Assembly: GCA_030390025.1 (NCBI GenBank)
Contig: CM059431.1
Coordinates: 98,644,001-98,708,000, forward strand
Length of the DNA stretch: 64,000 nucleotides
DNA from: Squalus acanthias
Lineage: Eukaryota
Direction of reading: 5' to 3'
This document shows, piece after piece, positions 39,537 through 51,280 of the stretch (its first letter is position 1; every line of letters begins with the position of its first letter). The notes under the pieces are model-generated. The model saw only the letters and a list, made by a program, of their open reading frames with translations, ran no database searches and had not been told where the DNA came from. Both the position numbers and the translations under genes were made by a program.

Positions 39537-41347
39537 ATGGAGAGGGTGAGAGAACGAGCTGAGCGCTTCACCGAGCGGGCCTTGGATGCTCTGGTTGGCG
39601 CGGTGGAGCGCCGAAGAGCAATACTGTACCCAGAGAGTGGCAGGAGGCCTTTGCCGCGCGACTACAGAAGAGTGTGGAGGGAGGTGGCTCAGCGCGTCTC
39701 CTCCAGGAGCATGGTGCCCAGGACCCATGTCCAATGCCGGAAAAAGTTCAACGACCTCACTCGGGTCGTCAGGGTGAGTGGCTTTTTTGCAATACCTCTC
39801 CATCCCTCCATCTCAACCTCACTCTATGGCCAGAGGGTCTTAAAACCACAATTAACAACACTCATCCAACACCTATGGCCCTTTCATGAAGCACACACAC
39901 ACATTCCATACTTTGCATACAGTAAGGGCTATTCACCTATGGGAGGCACATCAGGCAAGACCATGGCTGTATACAGTAAGGGCTATTCACCTATGGGAGG
40001 CACATCAGGCAAGACCATGGCTGTATACAGTAAGGGCTATTCACCTATGGGAGGCACATCAGGCAAGACCATGGCTGTATATTTACTCAGAAGCCGTCCT
40101 TTTTCTTGCAGGCCAAGTTGGCGCATAATAGGAGACAGCAGCAACGGACAGGTGGAGGGCAGCCTCAGCTGCAACCCCTCAGCGATCTTGAGGAGCGCGT
40201 CCACAGGATTGTGGCAAGCCGGGTGATCGGTCCCGTCGCCACTGGAGACGCCGACCCCGTTCTGGACAGCAATGGTAAGGTCATCACCTTTTTGTCCTCT
40301 GTCCTTCCACTTGTCCCTCACAACACCAGCCTTTGACACTTTCAATCCAACTTACTAACTCACTGCACTTATTCCTCCCTTACTGCCACCCTGTCCTCAC
40401 GCTAAAGCCACTCTTGTACCTCCCTGCTTTCAGATGGTGATTCACCAGCTGAGGAGACGGGCCCTGAAGCTGCCAGTGGGAGTGAAGCTGCAGCCGAGGA
40501 GGAAGAGGAAGCCGGAGCATCAGTGCCACCCTCTCCCGAGGAAGCCCATGCCGACACTGGGAACACGCCTTCCCTGGAGGGGAGCAGGGGGGAAGGGTCT
40601 GATGAGGGTGAAGCTCCGGGACCCAGCGGGCTGCAGCAACGCGATGGGGGTAGGGAAGCTCGGGGGCCTTCTCCCCGGAGGGAGAGTATGCCAGTGAGTC
40701 CTGCTGCACTGGACGCAGAGGAGGAGCGGCTGATCGCGGAAATGAACACCCAGGCGGTGGGCATGCACACGGAGCTCATGGCTGCAGTGGGTAGGGTGCC
40801 CGAATGCATTGAAGCACTGGCAAGGAGTGTGGAGCACTTCGCTGCAGCGCAGGCGGATGCGACACTGAAGCTCAGTGCTGCAATTCAATCTCAGACTGCT
40901 CTCATGCAGACTCAGATTGAGGCCACGCGAGCACTGTCTGCTGCCATCCTCGCTGGTTCGTTCATATTTCTCCGGGGCTCTCACCGCGCCGCAGCAGGCC
41001 AGCAATCTGTGCCCCGTGGGAGTGCCAGTGTGCCGGTCGAGCAGGGAGTTGCTGTCCTCGCTCAAGATGACAGCATTCCTGCTGCCACCACTGTCACTTC
41101 TCCACTGCAGTTGCCACCGCCTGTAGGACAGCCTGCTGCCGCCCATGCAGAGTTGGTGCAGTCTGCAGCCGGGCCCTCCAGGCCCAGAACTGGTCGAGGC
41201 CGTCCCTCAAGGGCATCTGCATTGTCAGGGCCTGACAGTCAGCAGCCTTCCACCAGCCTTGCTGCAGCCACTGAGGTCCCATTGCGGAGGAGCAGTAGGG
41301 TAAGAAGGGGGGAAGGGCGCACGGGAAGGAGTTCACCCTCGATGTAG
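39537..41347 (+). CDS. Harbinger Myb/SANT-like DNA-binding protein; exons 39537-39773, 40112-40274, 40434-41347; about 437 aa
   Basis: RFTERALDALV..WREVAQRV..RTHVQCRKKFNDL is a Myb/SANT (MADF/NAIF1-type) signature; two GT-AG introns (gtgagt/ttgcag and gtaagg/tttcag) join the three exons in frame with no stops. Confidence 0.85.
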
Positions 41348-41658
41348 GAGGTGTGACAAAATGCTGGTCATTTTTTTATTAAAGGCCGAGGTTCGTGGTC
41401 AAACTTTTGTTGAGTGTTTTGCACATGATCTCCAGGTTGTGAGAACCAGTTATGGTAATGACTGTTTTTTTGTGTTTATTTGTATGAGTTTGTCATGAAG
41501 AAATGACACACACAGAGTTTGTAAAATAAATAAGTTTTGGTACTCAAAATATACATGTTTGGTGTTTGGAATCATTGGTGCCTTGGCCGGCTTAGGGGTT
41601 GCGTGTTGGGTTCATTCATGCTGTTCTCAATGGCAGAAGCCATTTCCACAGCAGGGGC

Positions 41659-42810
41659 CTAGAAGCGGCTTGCTATCAGCCGCTGACGGACGGCCCTTGC
41701 AGTTTCACCATTGTGGGCTGCCCTCACGCCTTGGTGCTGCTGCTGATCATCCTCCTCCTCCTCTTCCTCCTCCTCCTCTGGTGGTGCTCCAAGGCCTGGT
41801 GGCATTGGCTGGGTCCTGAGGATTGCCATGTTATGCAGCATGCAGCACACAACTACGATGTTGGAAACTCGCTCAGGCGAGTACTGCAGGGCTCCTCCAG
41901 AATGGTCGAGACAGCGGAACCGTTGCTTGAGCACGCCGATTGTGTGCTCCACGATGTTCCTGGTAGCTTGATGGCTCTCGTTGTACCGCAGCTCAGCAGG
42001 GGTGTTGGGCGTACGGAGCGGTGTCATCAGCCAGGTGCTCAGTGGATACCCCTTGTCCCCGAGATGCCAACCAACTGGCTGATGCGGTGCCTCGAAAAGT
42101 TCTGCCACAGTAGTCTGGCGCAGGATGAAAGCATCGTGGCAGCTGCCAGGATACTGGGCATTGACAGCGAGTATCAGCTGTCTGTGGTCACAGACCAACT
42201 GAACATTCAAGGAATGGAACCCCTTTCTGTTCCGGAAATCCTCGGCATTCTCATGCGGAGCACGCAAAGCCACATGCGTGCAGTCAATGGCGCCCTGCAC
42301 CATGGGGAAGCCCGCTATCCTCGCAAAGCCCAGAGCGCGTTCTTGCTGCTTGTCTGGGGTCATGGGGAAAGAGATGAACTCTCGTCTCCTTTTAAAGAGG
42401 GCATTTGTGACCTTCCTGATGCAGCAATGCACCGCGAACTGGGAGATATTGGCGATGTCCCCAACAGCAGATTGAAATGAGCCAGTAGCATAAAAGTTCA
42501 GAGCCACTGTGACCTTCACTGCCACCGACAGAGACGTCCTGGACCTCAGTTGAGGCTGCAGATCTGGCTGCAGCAGGTGGCAGAGCTCAGTGACCACCTC
42601 CTTGCTGAAGTGCAGCCTTCGCAGACACTGCTCCTCAGACATATGAATGTAGGAGAGCTGTTCACGATATACCCTGGGAGGGTAAGCTCTCCTGTACAGA
42701 CGCCTGTTGGCCCTCCTCCGTCTGGCCATCATTGCCACTCTCTCTCTGCGTCTCTGTCTCCTCCGATTCAGCTGGCGCAGGACGACGCCCCCCATCAGTG
42801 CAGCCCCCAT
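41659..42810 (-). CDS. Harbinger (HARBI1-like) DDE transposase, 383 aa
   Basis: Uninterrupted ORF from ATG 42810; motifs LNFYATGS, GAIDCTHV, NRKGFHSLNVQLVCD, PGSCHDAFIL, LGDKGY, YNESH..TRNIVEHTIGVLKQRFRCL, CCMLHN; acidic tail. Confidence 0.93.
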   Translation of the reverse strand: MGAALMGGVVLRQLNRRRQRRRERVAMMARRRRANRRLYRRAYPPRVYREQLSYIHMSEEQCLRRLHFSKEVVTELCHLLQPDLQPQLRSRTSLSVAVKVTVALNFYATGSFQSAVGDIANISQFAVHCCIRKVTNALFKRRREFISFPMTPDKQQERALGFARIAGFPMVQGAIDCTHVALRAPHENAEDFRNRKGFHSLNVQLVCDHRQLILAVNAQYPGSCHDAFILRQTTVAELFEAPHQPVGWHLGDKGYPLSTWLMTPLRTPNTPAELRYNESHQATRNIVEHTIGVLKQRFRCLDHSGGALQYSPERVSNIVVVCCMLHNMAILRTQPMPPGLGAPPEEEEEEEEEDDQQQHQGVRAAHNGETARAVRQRLIASRF

Positions 42811-43003
42811 ATCTCTTAGCAAGCAAAGTTATGAAGGCCAGAAACCAAAGTCCCAGCGAAGTTAGGATGAGTAGCCAAAACTACCTCACACAGCGTTGAC
42901 TCAATGCAGAAGTCTCTCTTTCTCTCTCTCCGAATCTCTCTATCTCTCTCAGAACGAGTGGTGCAAAAATGTCCACCACAGAGAAAGACAGGAAGAGGCC
43001 CCC

Positions 43004-43011
43004 TTTAAATA
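43004..43011 (-). promoter_or_regulatory. Candidate TATA-like box (TATTTAAA) upstream of the transposase
   Basis: About 200 bp upstream of the ATG; identical in copy A (33595-33602). Confidence 0.4.
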
Positions 43012-43927
43012 GCGCCCCCCCCGAGCCCCACAGCGAATGATAGCGTTCCACTCTACCGGTCGTTGGATGCGCCAGGCGGTAAGGATGGGGGGGCGCCACT
43101 GAAATTCTGCTCCGGGGCGCCACAAGGGCGTTGCACTCTCGTATGATGTCACAATCTGCGCGCGCAGGAGATCGCAGCGATAAAGTTTAGCGCCGCCGCA
43201 AAATGTCTAGTTAAGTTCCCGAGCGGCGCAAACATCGCTGCGCCCGGGCGCTAGCTGCTTTGCGCCCCATTAGCGCCCTCTTAAGGCGCTAACGGGAGGC
43301 GCAACCAACTGAATTTTTCCCCCTGTGTGTTTTAGTCCCACTCCAGTGACTTCAGCACAAAATCTAGGCTGACACTCCCAGTGCAGTACTGAGGGAGCGC
43401 CGCACTGTCGGAGGGGCAGCACTGAGGAAGTGCTGCACTGTCGGAGGGGCGGTACTGAGGGAGCGCCGCACTGTCGGAGGGGCAGTACTGAGGGAGCGCC
43501 GCACTGTCGGAGGGGCAGTACTGAGGGAGCGCCGCACTGTCGGAGGGGCAGTACTGAGGGAGTACTGCACTGTCGGAGGTGCAGTACAGAAGGAGCGCTG
43601 CATTGTCGGAGGTGCCATCTTTCGGATGAGATGTTAAACCGAGGCCCCGTCTGCCCTCTGAGATGGATGTAAAAGATCCCATGATACTATTTCAAAGAGG
43701 AGCAGGGGAGTTATCCCCGGTGTCCTGGGCCAATATTTTTACCTCAACCAACATCATTATAACAGATTATCTGGTCATTTACTCTGTTGCTGTTTGTGGG
43801 ATCTTGCTGTACGGAAATTGGTTGCTACATTCCCTACATTACAACAGTGACTACACTTTAAGAGTACTTCATTGGCTGTGGATGTCCTGAGGAATGTGTA
43901 ATATAAGGGCAAGGTCTTACTTTCATT

Positions 43928-44450
43928 GGGGAGGGGGGAGGAGGGAGGGAGGAGGGAGGAGAGGAAGGAGGAGGAGGCGGAGGAGGGGAGGGAGGAGGGG
44001 AGGAAGGAGGGAGGCGGGGGGGAGGAGGGAGGGCGGAGAGAGGAGGGAGGCGGGGAGGAGAGGAGAAGGGAGGCGGGGAGGGGAGGAAGGGAGAGAGATG
44101 GGGAGGATAGGAGGAGGGGATGAGAGGAAGGAGGGAGGGGAGGGGGGAGGGATAGAGGGAGGCGGGAAGGGGAGGAGGGGAGGAGGGGGGAGGAGGAGGG
44201 GAGGAGAGGAGAGAAGAGAGTAGGAGAGGAAGAGGAGGGGATGGTGAGGGCGGGGGGGAGGAGGGGAGGAGAGGAAGGAAGGAGGAGGGGAGGATGGAGG
44301 GGAGAGGAGGATGGAGGGGAGGGCGAGGGGAGGATGGAGGGAAGCAGGGGAGGGAGGAGAGGAGGAGGGGAGGGAGGAGGATGAGGGGAGGAGAGGAGAG
44401 AAGAGGGCAGGAGAGGAAGAGGAGGGGATGGGGAGGGCGGGGGGGGAGGA
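43928..44450. repeat. Polypurine (GGA/GGGA) low-complexity tract
   Basis: Seen directly. Confidence 0.9.
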
Positions 44451-44814
44451 GTTAAACAGAATCCAGACGTGTTCAGTGAAAGAGTGATGGTGACCTTTCT
44501 CCAAATGATGTCTGAGGCTCCTGATATTTTGAGTGAATGAGCTAGCATTTTATCTGGGGGTTGCAAATTTGGAAATTCAGAAAAGCACATTTCACAATCT
44601 GATTGGCAATGGTTTTATTAAAAGTTTAATTACTAAATAAACAGTTAATTTGGAACATTAAAAAAAAACACAAAAAAGATTCACAGCAACGAGTGGTGAT
44701 TAAGCTCAGTGTGCCCACTCCATTCAGAGTCCGTGTCTGATTACTCCGTCATGGACCCCCGCACACAGCACCCGTACACCCACCACATTGCACAGCACCA
44801 ATTACCTTCCCAAT

Positions 44815-46865
44815 CCCTATTAAACCATTACGCTCTCTCACCCTGGCCGTTCCCCCTGGTACTGTTCTCATCTTCGCTCCCTTAAGTCCAAGGGACGCAG
44901 ACTTGAAAGGATATGGCGGACAACTGGTTTCGCCATTCACCGCCAGATCTGGCTGGACCACATAAAGCACAATCGGGTCCTGCTCTCGCCTGCCAAAATT
45001 GCTCACTATTCCAGAATCATTCTGGAATGCAAAGATAAACCCCGGCTTCTATTCTCTACTGCTAACCGTCTCCTTAAACCCCTCTCCCGTCTCCTCCACC
45101 CTCACCTCCGAAAACAAGTGTGAGGAGCTCATGGACTGCTTTGTCTCTAAGATTGAGACCATCTGTTCAGCTGCCTCTGCCACTTCCCTTCCTTCCCCTA
45201 ACCCACTGGGCCAAACTTCCTCTAAGGTTCCCCCCTGCCCTAGCCCTGAACTCACATCTTTCTACAGTTTCTCTCCAATCTCCCTCTCATGATCTCTCCG
45301 TGTTCATCTTGTCCATGAGACTCACTTCCTGCTCCCTCGACCCGATTCCCACTAAACTGCTGACCACCCAACTACCTTTTCTGGCTCCCACTGTTAGCTG
45401 ACATTGTTAACGGTTCTCGCTCCTCAGGCACTGTCCCCCTCTCCCTCAAATCTGCCGTCATCACCCCTCTCCTCAAAAAAAACAACCCTTGACTCCTCCA
45501 TCTTTGCAAACTACCGCCCCATCTCCAACCTCCCTTTCCTCTCCAAAGTCCTTGAACGTGTTGTCACCTCCCAAATCCATGCCCACCTTTGCCACAACTC
45601 CATGTTTGAATCCCTCCAATCGGGTTTCCGCCCCTGCCACAGTACCGAAACGGCTCTCATCAAAGTCACAAATGACATCCTTTGTGACTGTGACAAAGGT
45701 AAACTATCCCTCCTCGTCCTTCTTGACTTGTCTGCAGCCTTTGACACGGTTGACCACTTCATCCTTCTCCAACACCTCTCCACCGTCGTCCAGCTGGGTG
45801 GGACTGTATTCGCCTGGTTCCATTCTTATCTATCTAATTGTAGCCAGAGAATCACCTGCAATGGCTTCTCTTCCCACTCCCACAGCGTTACCTCTGGTGT
45901 CCCCGAAGGATCTATCCTTGGCCCACTCCTATTTCTCATCTACATGTTGCCCCTTGGCGACATCATCCGAAAACACAGCATCAGTTTCCACATGTACGCT
46001 GATGACACCCAGCTCTACCTCACCACCACTTCTCTCGACCCCTCCACGGTCTCTAAATTGTCAGACTGCTTATCCAACATCCAGTTCTGGATGAGCAGGA
46101 ATTTTCTCCAATTAAATATTGGGAAAACCGAAGCCATTGTTTTCGGTCTCTGCCCCAAACTCCGTTCCCTAGCCACTGACTCCATCCCTCTCCCTAACAT
46201 CTGTCTGAGGCTGAACCACACTATTCGCAACCTTGGTGTCATATTTGACCCTGAAATGAGCTCCCGATCTCGTATCCGTGGCATAATAAAGACCACCTAT
46301 TTCCATCTCCATAACATCGCCCGTCTCCGCCCTTGCCTCAGCTCATCCGCTACTGAAACCCTCATCCATGCCTTTGTTACCTCTAGACTTGACTATTCCA
46401 ACACACTCCTGACTGGCCTCTTACATTCTACCCTACGTAAACTTCAGGTCACCCAAAACTTGGCTGCCTGTGTCCTAACTCGCACCAAGTCCCGTTCGCC
46501 CATCACCCCTGTGCTCGCTGACCGACATTGGCTCCCGGTTAAGCAACGCCTCGATTTCAAAATTCTCATCCTTGTTTTCAAAATCCTCCATGGCCTCGCC
46601 CCTCCCTATCTCTGTAACCTCCTCCAGCCCTACAACCCCCGAGATCTCTGCGCTCCTCCGATTCTGGCCTCTTCAGCATCCCCGATTTCCATCGCCCCAC
46701 CATTGGCGGCCGTGCCTTCAGCAGCCGAGGCCCTAAGCTCTGGAATTCCCTCCCTAAACCTCTCCGCCTCTCTCTCCTCTTTAAGATGCTCCTTAAAACC
46801 GACCTCTTTGACCAAGCTTTTGGTCACCTGTTCTAATATCTCTTTATGTGGCTCGGTATCAAATT
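44815..46865 (+). mobile_element. L2-clade LINE, 5'-truncated and frameshifted ORF2
   Basis: RT motifs NYRPISNLPFLSKVLE, QSGFR, LLDLSAAFDTVDH, GVPEGSILGP, YADDTQLY; C-terminal HWLPV..R..FKIL. Confidence 0.9.
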
Positions 46866-47023
46866 TTAGAAATACATGCTACAACCACAACTTGCATTTA
46901 TATAGCACCTTTAACTTAGAGAAACATCCCAAGGCACTTCACAGGAGCGATTTTCAGATAAAATTTGACACCGAGCCACACACGATTGGGCTACACTCCG
47001 CACACGAAGACATAACCGAACTC

Positions 47024-47125
47024 AGTTCAGACGAAAGGTCATCGACCTGAAACGTTGACTCTGTTTCTCTCTCCACAGATGCTGCCTGACCTGCTGAGTG
47101 TTTCCAGCACTTTCTGTTTTTATAA
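47024..47125 (+). mobile_element. Penelope-like terminal repeat fragment with degenerate hammerhead
   Basis: AGTT-CAGACGA-AAGGTCATCGACCT-GAAACGTT-GACT (core CUGA changed to CAGA), followed by gatgctgcctgacctgctgag. Confidence 0.6.
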
Positions 47126-47539
47126 CTAAACTCAGTACATCCCCAGCAGTGTAATTAGGATTCCTGCCAATCTGGGTCAGCCAGGAGTTAAATCAGTTCT
47201 CTTGCACAACAGCCATTCCACTTAAACAAAACACGAGAAAGAAAGGCAGTATTTCTACAATACAAAACTCATTAACTCCCTTGGCAGAGTAGGCCAAGAA
47301 AGAAAGGAAACATCTGAGACATAAGCAGCACCTTCACACATTCTCAGTACATCGCAAAGCGCTACACACCCAAGGTGCTGACTGTAGCGGTCAATCACTG
47401 TTGTTACGTAGGCTAGCACAGCGGCTAATTCCATACAGCAAGATCCCACAAACAGAAAATCTGTTCTGCTTTGCTGGCGATAGTTCAGGATGAATATTAG
47501 CCAGGACACCAGGAGTTCTCCCTACTCCACTTCAAATAG

Positions 47540-48838
47540 TACTCAGTACTGCCCCTCCGACAGTGCAGCGCTCCCTCAGTACTGCCCCTCTGACAGTGCA
47601 GCACTCCCTCAGTACTGCCCCTCCGACAGTGAGGCGCTCCCTCAGTACTGCCCCTCCGACAGTGCGCCGCTCCCTCAGTACTGCCACCCCGACAGTGCGC
47701 CGCTCCCTCAGTATTGCCCCTCCGACAGTGCGGCGCTCCCTCAGTACTGCCCCTCCGACAGTGCAGCACTCCCTCAGTACTGCCCCTCCGACAGTGCAGC
47801 GCTCCCTCAGTACTGCACCTCCGACAGTGCGGCGCTCCCTCAGTACTGCCCCCCCGACAGTGCGGCGCTCCATCAGTATTGCCCCTCCGACAGTGCGGCG
47901 CTCCCTCAGTATTGCCCCTCCAACAGTGCAGCGCTCCCTCAGTACTGCCCCTCCGACAGTGCGGCGCTCACTCAGTACTGTCCCTCCGACAGTGCAGCAC
48001 TCCCTCAATACTGTCCCTCCGACAGTGCGGCGCTCCCTCAGTACTGCCCCTCCAACAGTGCAGCACTCCCTCAATACTACCCCTCCGACAGTGCAGCGCT
48101 CCCTCAGTACTGACCCTCCGACAGTGCGGTGCTCCCTCAGTACTGACCCTCCGACAGTGCGGCGCTCCCTCAGTACTGACCCTCCGACAGTGCAGCACTC
48201 CCTCAATACTGCCCCTCCGACAGTGCATTACTCCCTCAGTACTGCCCCTCCGACAGTGCGGCGCTCCCTCAGTACTGACCCTCCGACAGTACAGCACTCC
48301 CTCAGTACTGCCCTTCCGACAGTGCAGCGCTCCCTCAGTACTGCCCCTCCGACAGTGCAGCACTCCCTCAATACTGCCCCTCCGACAGTGCATTACTCCC
48401 TCAGTACTGCCCCTCCGACAGTGCGGCGCTCCCTCAGTACTGACCCTCCGACAGTACAGCACTCCCTCAGTACTGCCCTTCCGACAGTGCAGCGCTCCCT
48501 CAGTACTGCCCCTCCGACAGTGCAGCGCTCCCTCAGTACTGACCCTCCGACAGTGCGGCGCTCCCTCAGTACTGCCCCTCCGACAGTGCGGCGCTCCCTC
48601 AGTACTGCCCCTCCGACAGTGCGGCACTCCCTCAGTACTGCCCCTCCGACAGTGCGGCGCTCCCTTAGTACTGCCCCTCCGACAGTGCGGCGCTCCCTCA
48701 GTACTGTCCCTCCGACAGTGCAGCGCGCCCTCAGTACTGCCCCTCCGACAGTGCAGCACTCCCTCAGCACTGCCCCTCCGACAGTGCGGCGCTCCCTCAG
48801 TACTGCCATTCTGACAGTGCAGCGCTCCCTCAGTACTG
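47540..48838. repeat. 33-bp minisatellite, longest array; others at 20085-20710, 43382-43615, 49540-50037, 60145-60478
   Basis: Same unit as the 14885 array; always within Deu-SINE sequence. Confidence 0.93.
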
Positions 48839-50454
48839 ATGTAAAGGATCCCATGGCGCTTTTCAACAACAACAACTTGCATCGACACAGTGTTTTTAAC
48901 CTCCAGAAACGTCCCAAGGCATTTCACTGAGTGTTATTCGAAGAAGAGCAGGGAGAAGCAATGGGCAACATTCCTCCCTCAACCAACACCACCAAAAACT
49001 GCTTAACTGGTTACTCATCACGTGCTGGTGATGTTTATGGGACCTTGCTGTGCGCAAATTGGCCCATCACAGCAGCGGCTTGAAGCACTTTGGGAGATGA
49101 TGAGCTATGGCCTACAATGATCAGGGTGCTTGTTAAATGTTCGGTTTTGATTTCACCAGCACTCCCGGCAACCTCCAGAGTGAACCTCCTGAGACATCTG
49201 GCTTTGTTCCAGCCAGTTGCAGCTGCATCAGGCTCCGAGCACAACATTCAGCAGGCAAACCACAACACTGCTCGGATTCCAAGGCAGAACAAAAATGTAT
49301 TGTATCAGCCAGTCTGTCATATAAGATAAACAAAAGACCTTGAGTCATAAGCCATACTGTTCTTATTTACTTAGCCATGCAATGGTGAAATCTGATATAT
49401 ATTACAGGACATCAGTAATTGCCAGGTATGTCAGCCCTGGCTCAGTGGGTCGCTCTCTCGTCTCTGAGTCAGAAGGTCGTGGATTCAAACCCCGGCTCCT
49501 GAGATTTGACAACAACAATAATCTGGGCTGGCACTCCCAGTGCAGTACTGAGGGAGCGCCGCACTGTCGGAGGGGCAGTACTGAGGAAGCTCCGCACTGT
49601 CGGAGGGGCAGTACTGAGGGAGTGCCACACTGTCGGAGGGGCAGTACTGAGGGATCGCCGCACTGTCGGAGGGGCAGTACTGAGGGAGCGCCGCACTGTC
49701 GGAGGGGCAGTACTGAGGAAGTGCTGCACTGTCGGAGGGGCAGTACTGAGGGAGCGCCGCACCGTCGCAGGGGCAGTACTGAGGGAGCGCCGCACTGTCG
49801 GAGGGGCAGTGCTGAGGGAGCGCCGCACTGTCGGAGGGGCAGTGCTGAGGGAGCGCCGCACTGTCGGAGGGGCAGTACTGAGGAAGTGCTGCACCGTCGG
49901 AGGGGCAGTACTGAGGGAGCGCCGCACTATCGGAGGGGCAGTGCTGAGGGAGAGCCACACTGTCGGAGGGGCAGTGCTGAGGGAGAGCCACACTGTCGGA
50001 GGGGCAGTACTGAGGGAGCCCCGCACTGTCGGAGGGGCTTGAACCCACGACCTTCTGACTCAGAGACGAGAGTGCTACCCACTGACAGCTCAGACTCCAC
50101 AGGTAGGAGTGGACGTCGCCCTTCAGAATATAAACTGCTGCCGCTGTAAGCTTTCAACTGATGAAAATAACAGGAGAAATACAAGAAACAGATGTCGCAA
50201 GAATTGTCTGATAATCGCTCCTGTTCAGTGCCTTGGGACGTTTTCCTACATTAAAGGCGCTATATAAATGCAGCTTGTTGCTGCTGTTTAACTGGAGAAC
50301 ATGCGCCTCAGTCAGAGGTCCTCAGGTGTCACTCTCTGCCATGCCCAGATAACTGGCTGCTAGTCAGTCTGCTCCCTGGGTCAGCAATCACATGCCTCCT
50401 GTGCCCTCCCAGGCTGCCCTCGCTTCCTCCGCTGTTGGCAATGGCAGTTATACT

Positions 50455-51280
50455 GATAGAGTCATAGAGTTATACAGCACAGAAAGAGGCCCTTCAGCCC
50501 ATCGTGTCCGCGCCGGCCATCAAGGCCTATCTATTCTAATCCCATTTTCCAAGCACTTGGTCCATAGCCTTGTTTGCTATGGCGTTTCAAGTGCTCATCT
50601 AAATGCTTCTTGAATGTTGTGAGGGTTCCTGCCTCTACCACCCTTTCAGGCAGTGAGTTCCAGATTCCAACCACCCTCTGGGTGAAAAAGTTTTTCCTCA
50701 AATCCCCTCTAAACCTCCTGCCCCTTACCTTGAAACTATGCCCCCTGGTTATTGACCCCTCTACTAAGGGGAAAAGTTCCTTTCTATCTACCCGATCTGT
50801 GCCCCTCATAATTTTGTACACCTCAATCAGGTCCCCCCTCAGCCTTCTCTGCTCTAAGGAAAACAACCCCAGCCTGTCCAGTCTCTCTTCATAGCTGAAA
50901 CGCTCCAGCCCAGGTAACATCCTGGTGAATCTCCTCTGCACCCTCTCCAATGCAATCACATCCTTCCTATAGTGTGGCAGCCAGAACTGCACACAGTATT
51001 CCAGCTGTGGCCTAGCTAGCGTTTTGTACAGCTCCATCATAACCTCCCTGCTCTTATATTCTATGCCTCGGCTAATGAAGGCAAGTATCCCATATGCCTT
51101 TTTAACCACCTTATCTACCTGTCCTGCTGCCTTCAGGGATCTATGTACATGCACACCAAGGTCCCTCTGATCCTCTGTCCTTCCTAGGATCCTACCATTC
51201 ATTGTGTATTCCCTTGCCTTGTTAGTCCTCCCAAAATGCATCACCTCACACTTTTCAGGGTTAAATTCCATTTGCCACTT
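50455..51280 (-). mobile_element. CR1 LINE 3' fragment
   Basis: ORF MEFNPEKCEVMHFG..RDLGV..LYKTLARPQLEYCVQFW..RRLRGDLIEVYKI. Confidence 0.88.

Larger units (their letters stand above)
39180..43323. mobile_element. Full-length PIF/Harbinger DNA transposon, copy B (apparently intact)
   Basis: Perfect 16-bp TIRs GGGGGAAAAATTCAGT...ACTGAATTTTTCCCCC; flanked by TGTG on both sides; convergent Myb/SANT and DDE transposase genes; splits a SINE. Confidence 0.93.

Noticed and set aside
41599..42480. 293-aa plus-strand ORF antisense to the transposase (271 aa in copy A)
   Set aside because: Likely a shadow of GC-rich codon usage; no recognisable domain and a non-ATG start; not formally excluded
41659..42810. 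Domesticated host genes HARBI1 or NAIF1
   Set aside because: Bounded by TIRs and a TSD, multi-copy and intronic, so a transposon rather than the domesticated loci
43775..44590. Pro/Ser- or Gly/Arg-rich ORFs; also 12012-12980 and 54987-55967
   Set aside because: Low-complexity purine/pyrimidine tracts
47490..48930. Long ORFs (up to 455 aa) in several frames; also at 14996, 19998, 49340 and 60104
   Set aside because: Translations of a stop-free 33-bp minisatellite; no evidence of coding function
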